A stretch of DNA of 57,680 nucleotides from a virus (taxonomy: Duplodnaviria > Caudoviricetes), in the IMG/VR virus record IMGVR_UViG_3300024264_000039, positions 1 through 57,680 of that record; one strand, given 5' to 3'. A model generated the notes under the pieces. The model worked only from the letters and a program-made list of their open reading frames with translations. It searched no databases and had not been told where the DNA came from. Of this stretch, positions 39,041-46,635 are shown in pieces. A program made the translations under genes and the position numbers. Within the stretch, counting starts at the first letter, position 1; the number at the start of each line of letters is the position of its first letter.

Positions 39041-40515
39041 TACCAGTAAAATTTCTTTTTTCTTTTAGGCTGTTGTTCTTCTTGATAATCTTCAGGGTGA
39101 TCTATAAATCCGCCTTGTCTATACCTTAACAGAGCCTGTGTTGTACTGTCAACTAAATCGTCATGATCACCGTAAGGAAACGCAGCACATTCTTCAACAA
39201 GTTCTTGAGCAAACTCTTGATCGAGAGGTGCCCAAATTTGTCCGGCTTCAAAAAGTGGAGAGACTGCATTTACTCTTGCAACTTTATCTTGACCTTTACT
39301 CGGTGTAAAATTCATTGCAGGAATTCCCATCTGTCTGAGTTCATACATCAAAGGTAGTCCTGATGCTTTTGCTTCAATGATAACTGTTTCAGGATTCCAA
39401 TACTTATATTGCTCGAGTGCTACACGACGAAGTTCTGGAAACTCTAAACGTTCCTTATAAGAATCTAATAATATTAATTGACGAGGCGAGTCTTCATTAG
39501 GACGAAAAACTCCCCAGGTAGTAATAGCAGAGTAATCTGCAGTTTCTTTTTTAAGATACGCTGTATCATAACTTTGAATTGTGTGTTCGATGTGAGGCAT
39601 ATGTTTAGACTCCCAATTTTTCCACCACTCCCTTTTAATGAGAGCTCCTTCTTCTGAAGTTGGGTTCTGCATATACTGCGCGTTCCACTTTGCAACACCA
39701 GCAGAAGCTTTGACAGATTCGAGGTCCTCGAGCTTCCAATATTCAGGCCAGACTGGTTTACCTGTAGGTAAGATCGCAGGGAACTCTACCACTTCCCATT
39801 GATCCGCGTTCTCGTTGCTTTGTGCGTTTAACAATTTTTGTGTTAAATCTTTTGTAGACCATCTTGTCATAACGACAACAATACGACCTCCAGGTTGAAG
39901 ACGTTGTCTTGGTCCTGAAGTATACCACTCGTATGCTTTATCAAATGCCGAAGGTGAACTTACGTCTTGCTCTGAATGTGGATCATCGATGATGAGTAGA
40001 TCAGCACCTCTCCCGGTCACCGCACCTTGGACACCGACTGCAAAGTATTCACCACCATCGGAGGTATTCCAACGTCCTGCAGCTTTACTATCTTCTTGGA
40101 GTCGTGTATTAAAAATTTGTTGATACTCTTCTGAGTCAATTAAATGTTTTGCTTTACGTCCAAAGTTTATAGCAAGCTCCGCTGTGTGAGTTGCTTGAAT
40201 AATTTTTAATTTAGGATTCTGCCCGATCATAAAAGCAGGGAGAAAGAACGACGCAAATTCAGATTTAGTATGCCTAGGTGGCATGTTTATAATTAGACGG
40301 GTCAATTCTCCGGTTGCCAATCTATTAAATTTATCTGCTATGGTTTGATGATGGGACCCCTCTATAAAATCTGGCCACATCTTTTTTACAAAAGATAAAA
40401 AATTAGTTTTAACTTGCTTAAGTTCTTTTCTTTGATGTCGTTGTATAATCTGTATCTTGAGCTTTCTTCGCTCAATAGGATCTTCTATTTTATTAATATC
40501 TTCAACAGTTAGCAT
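39040..40515 (-). CDS. terL: Terminase large subunit
   Basis: MPPRHTKS Walker A, LLIIDD Walker B, MTRW motif III, DTA and HDDLVD nuclease motifs; start likely MLTVED at 40515. Confidence 0.95.
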   Translation of the reverse strand: MLTVEDINKIEDPIERRKLKIQIIQRHQRKELKQVKTNFLSFVKKMWPDFIEGSHHQTIADKFNRLATGELTRLIINMPPRHTKSEFASFFLPAFMIGQNPKLKIIQATHTAELAINFGRKAKHLIDSEEYQQIFNTRLQEDSKAAGRWNTSDGGEYFAVGVQGAVTGRGADLLIIDDPHSEQDVSSPSAFDKAYEWYTSGPRQRLQPGGRIVVVMTRWSTKDLTQKLLNAQSNENADQWEVVEFPAILPTGKPVWPEYWKLEDLESVKASAGVAKWNAQYMQNPTSEEGALIKREWWKNWESKHMPHIEHTIQSYDTAYLKKETADYSAITTWGVFRPNEDSPRQLILLDSYKERLEFPELRRVALEQYKYWNPETVIIEAKASGLPLMYELRQMGIPAMNFTPSKGQDKVARVNAVSPLFEAGQIWAPLDQEFAQELVEECAAFPYGDHDDLVDSTTQALLRYRQGGFIDHPEDYQEEQQPKRKKKFYW

Positions 40516-40699
40516 ACATTTAAATATGGGTGGTAAAGTATTATACATGATTAACAATGCAAATCAAACTATATAGGGTAGGTCTGGGACCCCTATAATT
40601 TTAGGGGGTATTCGCGTAAACATAAGAAGTTCGAATTTGGATATAGTTCCTTTAGGGTCCCCTTTGGGTGGGTCCCGCCCACATGCTCTTCTCTATGAG

Positions 40700-40755
40700 C
40701 TATGCAGTTTGTGCATAGGACAATGTAGGATAGGCCATGCAAATACTGCATGGCC
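40700..40755. promoter_or_regulatory. Two ATGCA-N5-TGCAT palindromes
   Basis: CTATGCA-gtttg-TGCATAG (40700-40718) and GGCCATGCA-aatac-TGCATGGCC (40733-40755). Confidence 0.5.
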
Positions 40756-40772
40756 ATTCTTCCTTAACGAAG

Positions 40773-41132
40773 CTAGTCTTTTATCTTATTCAAGATACCT
40801 CTTTCAATATTCTTTAACTGATTAACCATGAACTTATGTCGAGTCTTCACATTAACAATACCTCGGTTCGTGATTACTATTCTTAAACCCAAATGATTTT
40901 TGAATAGCTGTCGAAGAGCAGAGTCACTTGGATCTTGGTTAAAGTAAGCTTTGCCCCAAACAAAATCTAAAAACCTAGTTCTGAAAATAATTTCCTCGAC
41001 AGTTTTTTCTGTGATTTCATTTACTCCGATTGCCATCATCAACCAACCTAGAGTGTCCGCTTGTTTTCTTTCATCTGTAGTGAAAGTCATCGTGTTGTAC
41101 TTGTTCATCGCGTTGTAGTGTACTTCTAACAT
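40773..41132 (-). CDS. Hypothetical (probably early) protein
   Basis: 119 aa, GAAAGGA RBS. Confidence 0.7.
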   Translation of the reverse strand: MLEVHYNAMNKYNTMTFTTDERKQADTLGWLMMAIGVNEITEKTVEEIIFRTRFLDFVWGKAYFNQDPSDSALRQLFKNHLGLRIVITNRGIVNVKTRHKFMVNQLKNIERGILNKIKD

Positions 41133-41210
41133 TGTATTCCTTTCGTTAAGTTAATTTTAATTTAGCAGAATATCCTATATTGTAAATAATTAATTTGGCA
41201 CTTTAGTGCC

Positions 41211-41219
41211 TGTGGATAA
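41211..41219 (-). promoter_or_regulatory. DnaA box
   Basis: TGTGGATAA is the reverse complement of the consensus TTATCCACA; intergenic. Confidence 0.5.
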
Positions 41220-41224
41220 CTTTG

Positions 41225-41240
41225 GCACAAGATGTAGTGC
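41225..41240. promoter_or_regulatory. NrdR-box-like site
   Basis: GCACAAGATGTAGTGC; 12 of 14 core positions match CACWATATATWGTG. Confidence 0.45.
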
Positions 41241-41301
41241 TGCCTTTTTTCTTTTTTTAGGGTGGGCCCCGCCCACATGCTCTTATCTATTTTTTTCTAG
41301 T

Positions 41302-41328
41302 GTGGCGTGTGTGTTAATCACACGCCAC
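41302..41328. terminator. Hairpin / terminator
   Basis: GTGGCGTGTG-7 nt-CACACGCCAC; T-rich tail on the plus strand; just downstream of minus-strand ORF 41339..41569. Confidence 0.6.
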
Positions 41329-41338
41329 GTTTATTTAT

Positions 41339-41569
41339 TTACTTATCAAAATCAAACTCCATTTGTTTTTTATTTCGTTCAAAACTTTTATCAAGTCTTG
41401 AATAATTATCCTCGGTACTCGGTATTCCTGCAAACATTGAAACAACACCTGCAAAACAAATTAACAAGCCAAGTAATCTATGGTCTGCCGAGTGAATGAA
41501 AGTAATAAAACCTAACATGACAATAATAAAACCTACTAGTATCATGGTTAATCTTGCAACTACTTCCAT
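41339..41569 (-). CDS. Small two-TM membrane protein
   Basis: Two hydrophobic helices, charged C-terminus. Confidence 0.65.
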   Translation of the reverse strand: MEVVARLTMILVGFIIVMLGFITFIHSADHRLLGLLICFAGVVSMFAGIPSTEDNYSRLDKSFERNKKQMEFDFDK

Positions 41570-42165
41570 TATTTTGCTCCACTTGGTAAAGCTAACAGCG
41601 AATTAGGTAAATCTAATTGTATGTTAGCGGTTGCCATTTCTTTTTGCAACTCAACCAACGTTGGTTGAATGTGGCTTCCAGTATAAAGTATATTCAAACA
41701 CTTTTTCTTTTTACCCTCTAGTGCATGATATAATTTATGCTTTGCTCTCGCGTGGGCTTCTGCCTCTTCATAACAAGCTTTTTTAATTTTCTTGTGTATG
41801 TAATCAACTGCGTCGTGGTCATCTTTTATAGTGACATTGACCGAGGACATATCCCATTTACGTTGCTTTCTTTTATTATTAAAAATCTCTGATATTTGGT
41901 CAGCGATTTCCTGAGCATTACGTTGCAAGTCATATTCCATAGATTGTTTTTTACTTTGGAAATCTCGCAAAGCTTTTTCTCTTTTTGCCATTTCTGAAAT
42001 CAACTTTTCTAGTTTCAGTTCTTTAGCAAATTGAGATCCAACTTCCTCAACTTTATCGTAAGCTTGTTGAGATATTTCTTGCTCAACATGATTTGACGCA
42101 ATACTGAATTCATCTCTTACGAATTCTTTGTAATGGTCAACGTGGTCTTTTCTTAATGGTTGCAT
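41569..42165 (-). CDS. Coiled-coil hypothetical (probably early) protein
   Basis: 198 aa, GAAAGGA RBS, near-consensus promoter upstream. Confidence 0.75.
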   Translation of the reverse strand: MQPLRKDHVDHYKEFVRDEFSIASNHVEQEISQQAYDKVEEVGSQFAKELKLEKLISEMAKREKALRDFQSKKQSMEYDLQRNAQEIADQISEIFNNKRKQRKWDMSSVNVTIKDDHDAVDYIHKKIKKACYEEAEAHARAKHKLYHALEGKKKKCLNILYTGSHIQPTLVELQKEMATANIQLDLPNSLLALPSGAK

Positions 42166-42207
42166 AATGTATTCCTTTCTATGTTAGTTATTATTACAAC
42201 TGATTTG

Positions 42208-42236
42208 TTTATAGGTTATTATAGGATATATGTCAA
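42208..42236 (-). promoter_or_regulatory. Sigma70 promoter with ATCCTA box
   Basis: TTGACA-TATATCCTATAATAACC-TATAAA (17-nt spacer). Confidence 0.65.
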
Positions 42237-42355
42237 CCCCTAAAAAACATTTATTTTTATTTTTTTTATATGGGTGGGCCCCGCCCACATGCACTTACCA
42301 CAGCTGCAAGCTCAAAGGGTGGGTCCCGCCCACACGCTCTTCTCTGACCGCGGGT

Positions 42356-42384
42356 AGTATATAGGAAAATATAGGATATGTCAA
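42356..42384 (-). promoter_or_regulatory. Sigma70 promoter with ATCCTA/TTCCTA boxes
   Basis: TTGACA-TATCCTATATTTTCCTA-TATACT (17-nt spacer). Confidence 0.65.
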
Positions 42385-42441
42385 GAAGTTTATTTTGGCC
42401 GCTGCCCTTGCATCCTGGACATAATAGGATATATAAGATCT

Positions 42442-43056
42442 ATGAAAGAAAAAATATTAAACACGGCCCACGCTTGGCAAATAGTAGGCGGCCTTAGCAA
42501 GCCTGGAAAAATGCCTGGATGGTCAATAGGTATACCCGCTAAAGAGTGCAACACGGGCGGCAAGCTGCAGGATAAAGAAGGCAGCGTCTGCAATGATTGC
42601 TACGCTTTAAAAGGTTGTTACGTTTTTAAAGTTGTACAAGATGCACAATATAGAAGGCTAGCAGCTATTAAAGACCCGCGATGGGTCGACGCCATGACAA
42701 TGCTAATTAATTCAAAAAAGCCTAATATTTTTAGATGGCACGATTCGGGTGATGTCCAAGACCTGGAACACCTTCAAAAAATTTATGCCGTCTGTAGGTT
42801 AACGCCTACTAGAATGCATTGGATGCCAACTAAGGAAGCATGGGTCAAGAAATATTTAAAATATAAGCCTGACAATTTAACAATTAGATTGTCTTCACCA
42901 ATGGTGAACCAGGGACCAATTAGCAGCTGGCCCAATACTTCAACAGTAGTTACAACTAAAGCAACATGTCCAGCACCTGAGCAGGGCGGCAAATGTTTAG
43001 ATTGTAGAAAATGCTGGAACCCAAAAATTAAAAATATTAGTTATGGCAAGCATTAG
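42442..43056 (+). CDS. Gp88-like Cys-rich protein
   Basis: KMPG-x-S, C...CxxCYA, FRWHDSGD, CPA...CxxCRxCW pattern. Confidence 0.7.
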   Translation: MKEKILNTAHAWQIVGGLSKPGKMPGWSIGIPAKECNTGGKLQDKEGSVCNDCYALKGCYVFKVVQDAQYRRLAAIKDPRWVDAMTMLINSKKPNIFRWHDSGDVQDLEHLQKIYAVCRLTPTRMHWMPTKEAWVKKYLKYKPDNLTIRLSSPMVNQGPISSWPNTSTVVTTKATCPAPEQGGKCLDCRKCWNPKIKNISYGKH

Positions 43057-43297
43057 ATCTAAGCATAACAATCTATTAAACTATTTCATTTGCGATCACA
43101 GGCATCTATCTAAGGCCTACGTCCGCAAGTGTGAAAAATTTTTTGCTGCGGCTGGTCCGTTGGAAAATGATATACGGAAACCGAGATGTAGCCACGAGGT
43201 CGCAAAGCCTCTAGGAACCAGACTTCGGACGCAGCAGAAACAGAGGGCTGGTAGTATTCCACCAGCCCTCAAGCAACATGAAAGAAGGAAAATATGA
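43043..43297 (+). CDS. Hypothetical protein (C-terminal half overlaps the structured RNA candidate)
   Basis: 84-aa ORF overlapping both neighbours. Confidence 0.4.
   Translation: MASIRSKHNNLLNYFICDHRHLSKAYVRKCEKFFAAAGPLENDIRKPRCSHEVAKPLGTRLRTQQKQRAGSIPPALKQHERRKI
43141..43270. ncRNA. Candidate structured RNA
   Basis: TTTTGCTGCG/CGCAGCAGAA closing stem; internal CTGGT/ACCAG, CCGT/ACGG and GAGG/CCTC stems; then a GAGGGCTGGT/ACCAGCCCTC hairpin. Confidence 0.45.
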
Positions 43298-43479
43298 GAT
43301 GGGAAATAATGCTCGGCAATAAGGGTGAAATAAATGAATGCTTAGATTGTGGCCACAAGTCTAAAAATTGGGCTGAACGGGTCGCAAGCAAGGGCAATGA
43401 AAATGATGAGATGGAACCCGACGGAACCAACAAAGTATTTTGTCCAAAATGTAAATACTACCATTACTACTGTGCCTAG
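43294..43479 (+). CDS. Small zinc-ribbon protein
   Basis: CLDC...CPKC; ATGA coupling, AAGGA RBS. Confidence 0.6.
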   Translation: MRWEIMLGNKGEINECLDCGHKSKNWAERVASKGNENDEMEPDGTNKVFCPKCKYYHYYCA

Positions 43480-43572
43480 TAATGGTAGGAATAAAAAATA
43501 AGGGTGGGTCCCGCCCACAAGCACGCACCACAACCCACAAGTGTAGTCCACAGGCAACAGGCCACAGGTTCA

Positions 43573-43588
43573 TGTTTCACGTGAAACA
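43573..43588. promoter_or_regulatory. parS: parS centromere site
   Basis: Exact TGTTTCACGTGAAACA palindrome, the canonical bacterial chromosomal parS. Confidence 0.8.
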
Positions 43589-43687
43589 TTTTTTTCTTTT
43601 TTTTCCTTGGGTGGGTCCCGCCCACACGCTCTTCTCTGAGCCGCGACACTTTGGCCATTGACCTTGGACATAGGATATTGTAGGACG

Positions 43688-44059
43688 CTAAACCTTTTGT
43701 AGAAATTTAAAGATTGACATCATGCCCACGGCACAAGGTTCGGCAGAACCGATCACAAGATCACGGATCTTGGATCCTTCATAAAGTTTTATGTCTCTCT
43801 GACAGAGGCCCTTGGCCATGATGAAACTATTGTGCGGGTGCTTGATATGAAAGCCAATTTGATGTGGAGAGAAGCGAATTTTTTTAACCAAATTTAACTT
43901 TAATTCGATAGTGAAAAAGTGGCCAGAATTATTATAAACCAATAGATCAGGAGTCCCGTGTGCAGCACTATTTTCCACGCGTGTAAATGATAATTTGCAA
44001 TTATTTTTAATATTGAACGCTTTAATTTCATGCCAAAATTTAGTCTCTCCCTTAATCAT
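43688..44059 (-). CDS. PD-(D/E)XK nuclease (VRR-NUC / resolvase-like)
   Basis: E...GTPDL...IELK...Q motif. Confidence 0.75.
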   Translation of the reverse strand: MIKGETKFWHEIKAFNIKNNCKLSFTRVENSAAHGTPDLLVYNNSGHFFTIELKLNLVKKIRFSPHQIGFHIKHPHNSFIMAKGLCQRDIKLYEGSKIRDLVIGSAEPCAVGMMSIFKFLQKV

Positions 44060-44091
44060 TTTTCAAGTTAAGTCCGGAGCATAAAAGTTAA

Positions 44092-44316
44092 CTAAATTTT
44101 CTTAATTACTTCACCCATATTCCATTTAGATGTATACAAAGTTATCACCAATCTATGTGTTTCTCGGACTCCAAGTATTTTGTTTTCCATTAATTTAATG
44201 TCCTTGATGTCGTAATATTTCCCGTCGGGTAAACACACTTGTACTCTTGCCTCTTGTGCTACTGGCGATTTCATAAACTTGTCTAGGGCCTGTCTTAATA
44301 GCTTTCCGGATACCAT
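44092..44316 (-). CDS. Hypothetical protein
   Basis: Start likely MVSGKLL at 44316. Confidence 0.6.
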   Translation of the reverse strand: MVSGKLLRQALDKFMKSPVAQEARVQVCLPDGKYYDIKDIKLMENKILGVRETHRLVITLYTSKWNMGEVIKKI

Positions 44317-44319
44317 CAC

Positions 44320-44348
44320 TTGAATGTATACCAAAAATAATTTATAAT
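44320..44348 (+). promoter_or_regulatory. Sigma70 promoter giving a probable leaderless terS transcript
   Basis: TTGAAT-17 nt-TATAAT ends 6 nt before the terS ATG; no Shine-Dalgarno. Confidence 0.55.
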
Positions 44349-44354
44349 GCAAGC

Positions 44355-44834
44355 ATGGGAGTTCCTAAAAGACTTACAGAGAAACAAATTAAATTTGCTA
44401 ATCTAATCGTAACAGAAGAAGGTCGAAAGACTGATTCTGAATGTGCTATTGCTGCAGGTTATAAACCGGATGGTGCTTACGTCTGTGCAAGTAGACTTCA
44501 AAACCCATCAATGTATCCTTTGGTTGCTCAATACATTGGAAGACTCAGAGCAGAGAAGTTAAAAAAATATGACATCACTTATGAAAAGCACCTGGCAGAA
44601 TTAGGTAAAATTAGAGACGAAGCTAGAGAAAGTAAAGCCTGGAGTGCTGCAGGTAACATGGAAGTAGCTAGAGGTAAAGCTGCAGGGTTTCAAAATAATA
44701 CTAATTTACACTTACATAAAAACTTAGATAACGTGGATGAATCTGAGTTAGACAAAGAATTAGAGAAAGCATTAAAGAACTTTAAACCAATTATTGATTC
44801 TGATGCAGAAGTGATTGAAGAATCTAAAGACTAA
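44355..44834 (+). CDS. terS: Terminase small subunit
   Basis: LTEKQ-x-x-F...CAIAAGY...ASRL HTH-type N-terminus followed by helical oligomerisation region. Confidence 0.75.
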   Translation: MGVPKRLTEKQIKFANLIVTEEGRKTDSECAIAAGYKPDGAYVCASRLQNPSMYPLVAQYIGRLRAEKLKKYDITYEKHLAELGKIRDEARESKAWSAAGNMEVARGKAAGFQNNTNLHLHKNLDNVDESELDKELEKALKNFKPIIDSDAEVIEESKD

Positions 44835-45123
44835 CTTTCTCCATTTTAGTTACAATTGATTTAGGAAATACATTACGATCAGAAAAGACTGCAGACTCAG
44901 TATCATAAGAAGCAAATGTCCAAACATGTTTATTATCTTTATCAAAGACATAAGCTTGAGTCATCATCTTTGCAGGTTTTAAATCTTTCACATCAGCCGC
45001 TTCAGCATGGCCGGAATCTCCGCAAGGATCAATCCACTCAATAGAATAAAAATAATATTTCTGTTTACCTATTACTGCATGTTTATATTTTGACTTTTTT
45101 CTTTTCATACCTCTGTATAGCAC
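44824..45123 (-). CDS. Hypothetical protein
   Basis: IEWID...ASYD...FP pattern; start may be MKRKK. Confidence 0.6.
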   Translation of the reverse strand: MLYRGMKRKKSKYKHAVIGKQKYYFYSIEWIDPCGDSGHAEAADVKDLKPAKMMTQAYVFDKDNKHVWTFASYDTESAVFSDRNVFPKSIVTKMEKVSL

Positions 45124-45190
45124 CTATAGGTTTTTTCTCTAGGCACATTTTTTTTCAAAAACTTTTTCTTATGCGCGCGTACGGGTTTGC

Positions 45191-45334
45191 TAGAAGTGTT
45201 AATATAAGCCACTTATTGTAAATTGTAACAGCTGTAACACCATTGTAACAGCGTTTTGTTACAAAAATATCGTCTAGAAGTGTTGGTATATGCGAATAAT
45301 AGCACTTTGAAAGCCATTGTAACCATTGTAACAC
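45191..45334. repeat. Iteron-like TGTAAC cluster in a non-coding gap
   Basis: TGTAAC at 45224, 45233, 45244, 45318 and 45327, inverted GTTACA at 45258; TAGAAGTGTT at 45191 and 45275. Confidence 0.75.
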
Positions 45335-45445
45335 TGTTTTGGAAATTGAAAAACAAAAAAACTTTTCTGGCAAAAAAAGTCTATAGGTAGAAACTTGCCT
45401 TATTCTTGCCATAAGTGTTGTAAATATACAACAAATTGTGGCTTT

Positions 45446-45643
45446 TTAGACACAATCTGCGCAATATCTAGGATCCTTGGCGCTAGTCCAACCATACAAA
45501 ACGTTGTTACAATCTTTTGCTTTACAAATTGTGGTGCCTTTGCCATCATTTTTTGGTTTGTTACCAAATATTTCATCAAAATTTTTTCGGTACAAATCAC
45601 TTGAAGGTCTAGATTTACCATCATTAGGAAATCTTTTTTTCAT
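45446..45643 (-). CDS. Small Cys-containing protein
   Basis: 65 aa, AAGGAG RBS, C-x4-C...CxxC. Confidence 0.6.
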   Translation of the reverse strand: MKKRFPNDGKSRPSSDLYRKNFDEIFGNKPKNDGKGTTICKAKDCNNVLYGWTSAKDPRYCADCV

Positions 45644-45654
45644 GATACTCCTTT

Positions 45655-45900
45655 CTATGTTGTTGGTATTGTTGGTAATTCAGTAATATTAGTTGCAATA
45701 GAACCTCCATCATTACCTTCATCATCTTGCGTTGGCACTAGCAACACACCATTTGAAAGTGTTATCTCAATTGGTTTTTTAGACCAACCCTGCCTACCAC
45801 TTTCTTTTTCTGACATATATTTAATTTTAACTATTTTTTGATTGAGTAAATGTTTCTCAATTTTCTTTTCCCAATTTATTTTCATATTTATTCCTTTCAT
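45655..45900 (-). CDS. Hypothetical protein
   Basis: DDEGNDGG motif; start probably at the second Met after AAAGGA. Confidence 0.65.
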   Translation of the reverse strand: MKGINMKINWEKKIEKHLLNQKIVKIKYMSEKESGRQGWSKKPIEITLSNGVLLVPTQDDEGNDGGSIATNITELPTIPTT

Positions 45901-45918
45901 ATAATATCCTATATTATA

Positions 45919-46635
45919 CTAAAAACCATTTCTGTCAACTATTACTTCTAATTCTTTTTTCTGTTGGTAATATTGTGCTACTTTTTTCCACCATTCGTTC
46001 GCGTAATGTTTGAATTCTTCGCCTGATACGGGAAACTCTTGAAATAATAAATCTTTACTACACATTAGAATGATTCCAAACTGTATATTAGTTCCATATA
46101 TTTGATTGTGAGCAATAGCATATCCTGCTAGTTGAAGATAATAATCCTCGATCCATTCTTTTCGTTTCGGTTTATTTGTTTGTTTAAAATCTATTATGGC
46201 CTCTTTACCCTCGTACATTCCAACACCATCGGTTGCACCTGCATACATTTCTGGATAAAATAATACACACTCTGTGGCCCATAACTCATCGAGTCTACCC
46301 TTTAATCCCTGGTCCGCGATTATCTGTGCCATCTTCGTGGCATGTCTTCCTTCGGGTGTTAGATCCACGATAGGTTTGTCTAACATATACCCCTCAAGAA
46401 TCGAGTGCATAAGAGTCCCCCTCGATGCAGCAGTTTCAGTAATTTTTTTAGCCTCAGTTTCACCAACCCTATCTCTCCATCTTTGTAAAGACTCAGATTT
46501 TTCCTTACTTTCACAGGCCTTTAATATACTTGTAACAGAAGGTAACTTTTCGTCACCCACCAGGTAATGTCTTTTACCATCTATAATTTTCCGAGTCGAA
46601 GTCGGGTAGTAAAATCTTTTATTTATTTTTATCAT
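45919..46635 (-). CDS. PD-(D/E)XK exonuclease
   Basis: PSVTSIL, RGT-x-x-H, E, YAG-x-x-D, IIDFK, Q-x-x-x-Y motifs. Confidence 0.88.
   Translation of the reverse strand: MIKINKRFYYPTSTRKIIDGKRHYLVGDEKLPSVTSILKACESKEKSESLQRWRDRVGETEAKKITETAASRGTLMHSILEGYMLDKPIVDLTPEGRHATKMAQIIADQGLKGRLDELWATECVLFYPEMYAGATDGVGMYEGKEAIIDFKQTNKPKRKEWIEDYYLQLAGYAIAHNQIYGTNIQFGIILMCSKDLLFQEFPVSGEEFKHYANEWWKKVAQYYQQKKELEVIVDRNGF

Larger units (their letters stand above)
40666..43637 (+). repeat. Six dispersed co-oriented copies of GGGTGGGYCCCGCCCACA
   Basis: Copies start at 40666, 41260, 42272, 42317, 43502 and 43609; four extend as YGCTCTT; all lie between credible genes. Confidence 0.95.

Noticed and set aside
41146-41160. 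TTAA-N7-TTAA CtrA-like site
   Set aside because: An all-AT motif expected often by chance in this genome; host CtrA is not established.
43175-43215. Resemblance of GGAAACC...GGTCGCAAAGCC to a c-di-GMP-I riboswitch
   Set aside because: The GNRA tetraloop and its receptor are missing; kept only as an unnamed structured RNA candidate.
40666-43637. GC-rich repeats as a CRISPR array
   Set aside because: Start-to-start spacing is irregular (45 bp to over 1 kb), genes lie between copies, and no cas genes are recognisable.
43342-43658. Short minus-strand ORFs 43342..43557, 43361..43573 and 43476..43658
   Set aside because: They translate the repeat/parS DNA and overlap a better plus-strand gene.
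45155-45412. 85-aa minus-strand ORF
   Set aside because: It spans the iteron cluster, has no clear RBS and has an odd composition.
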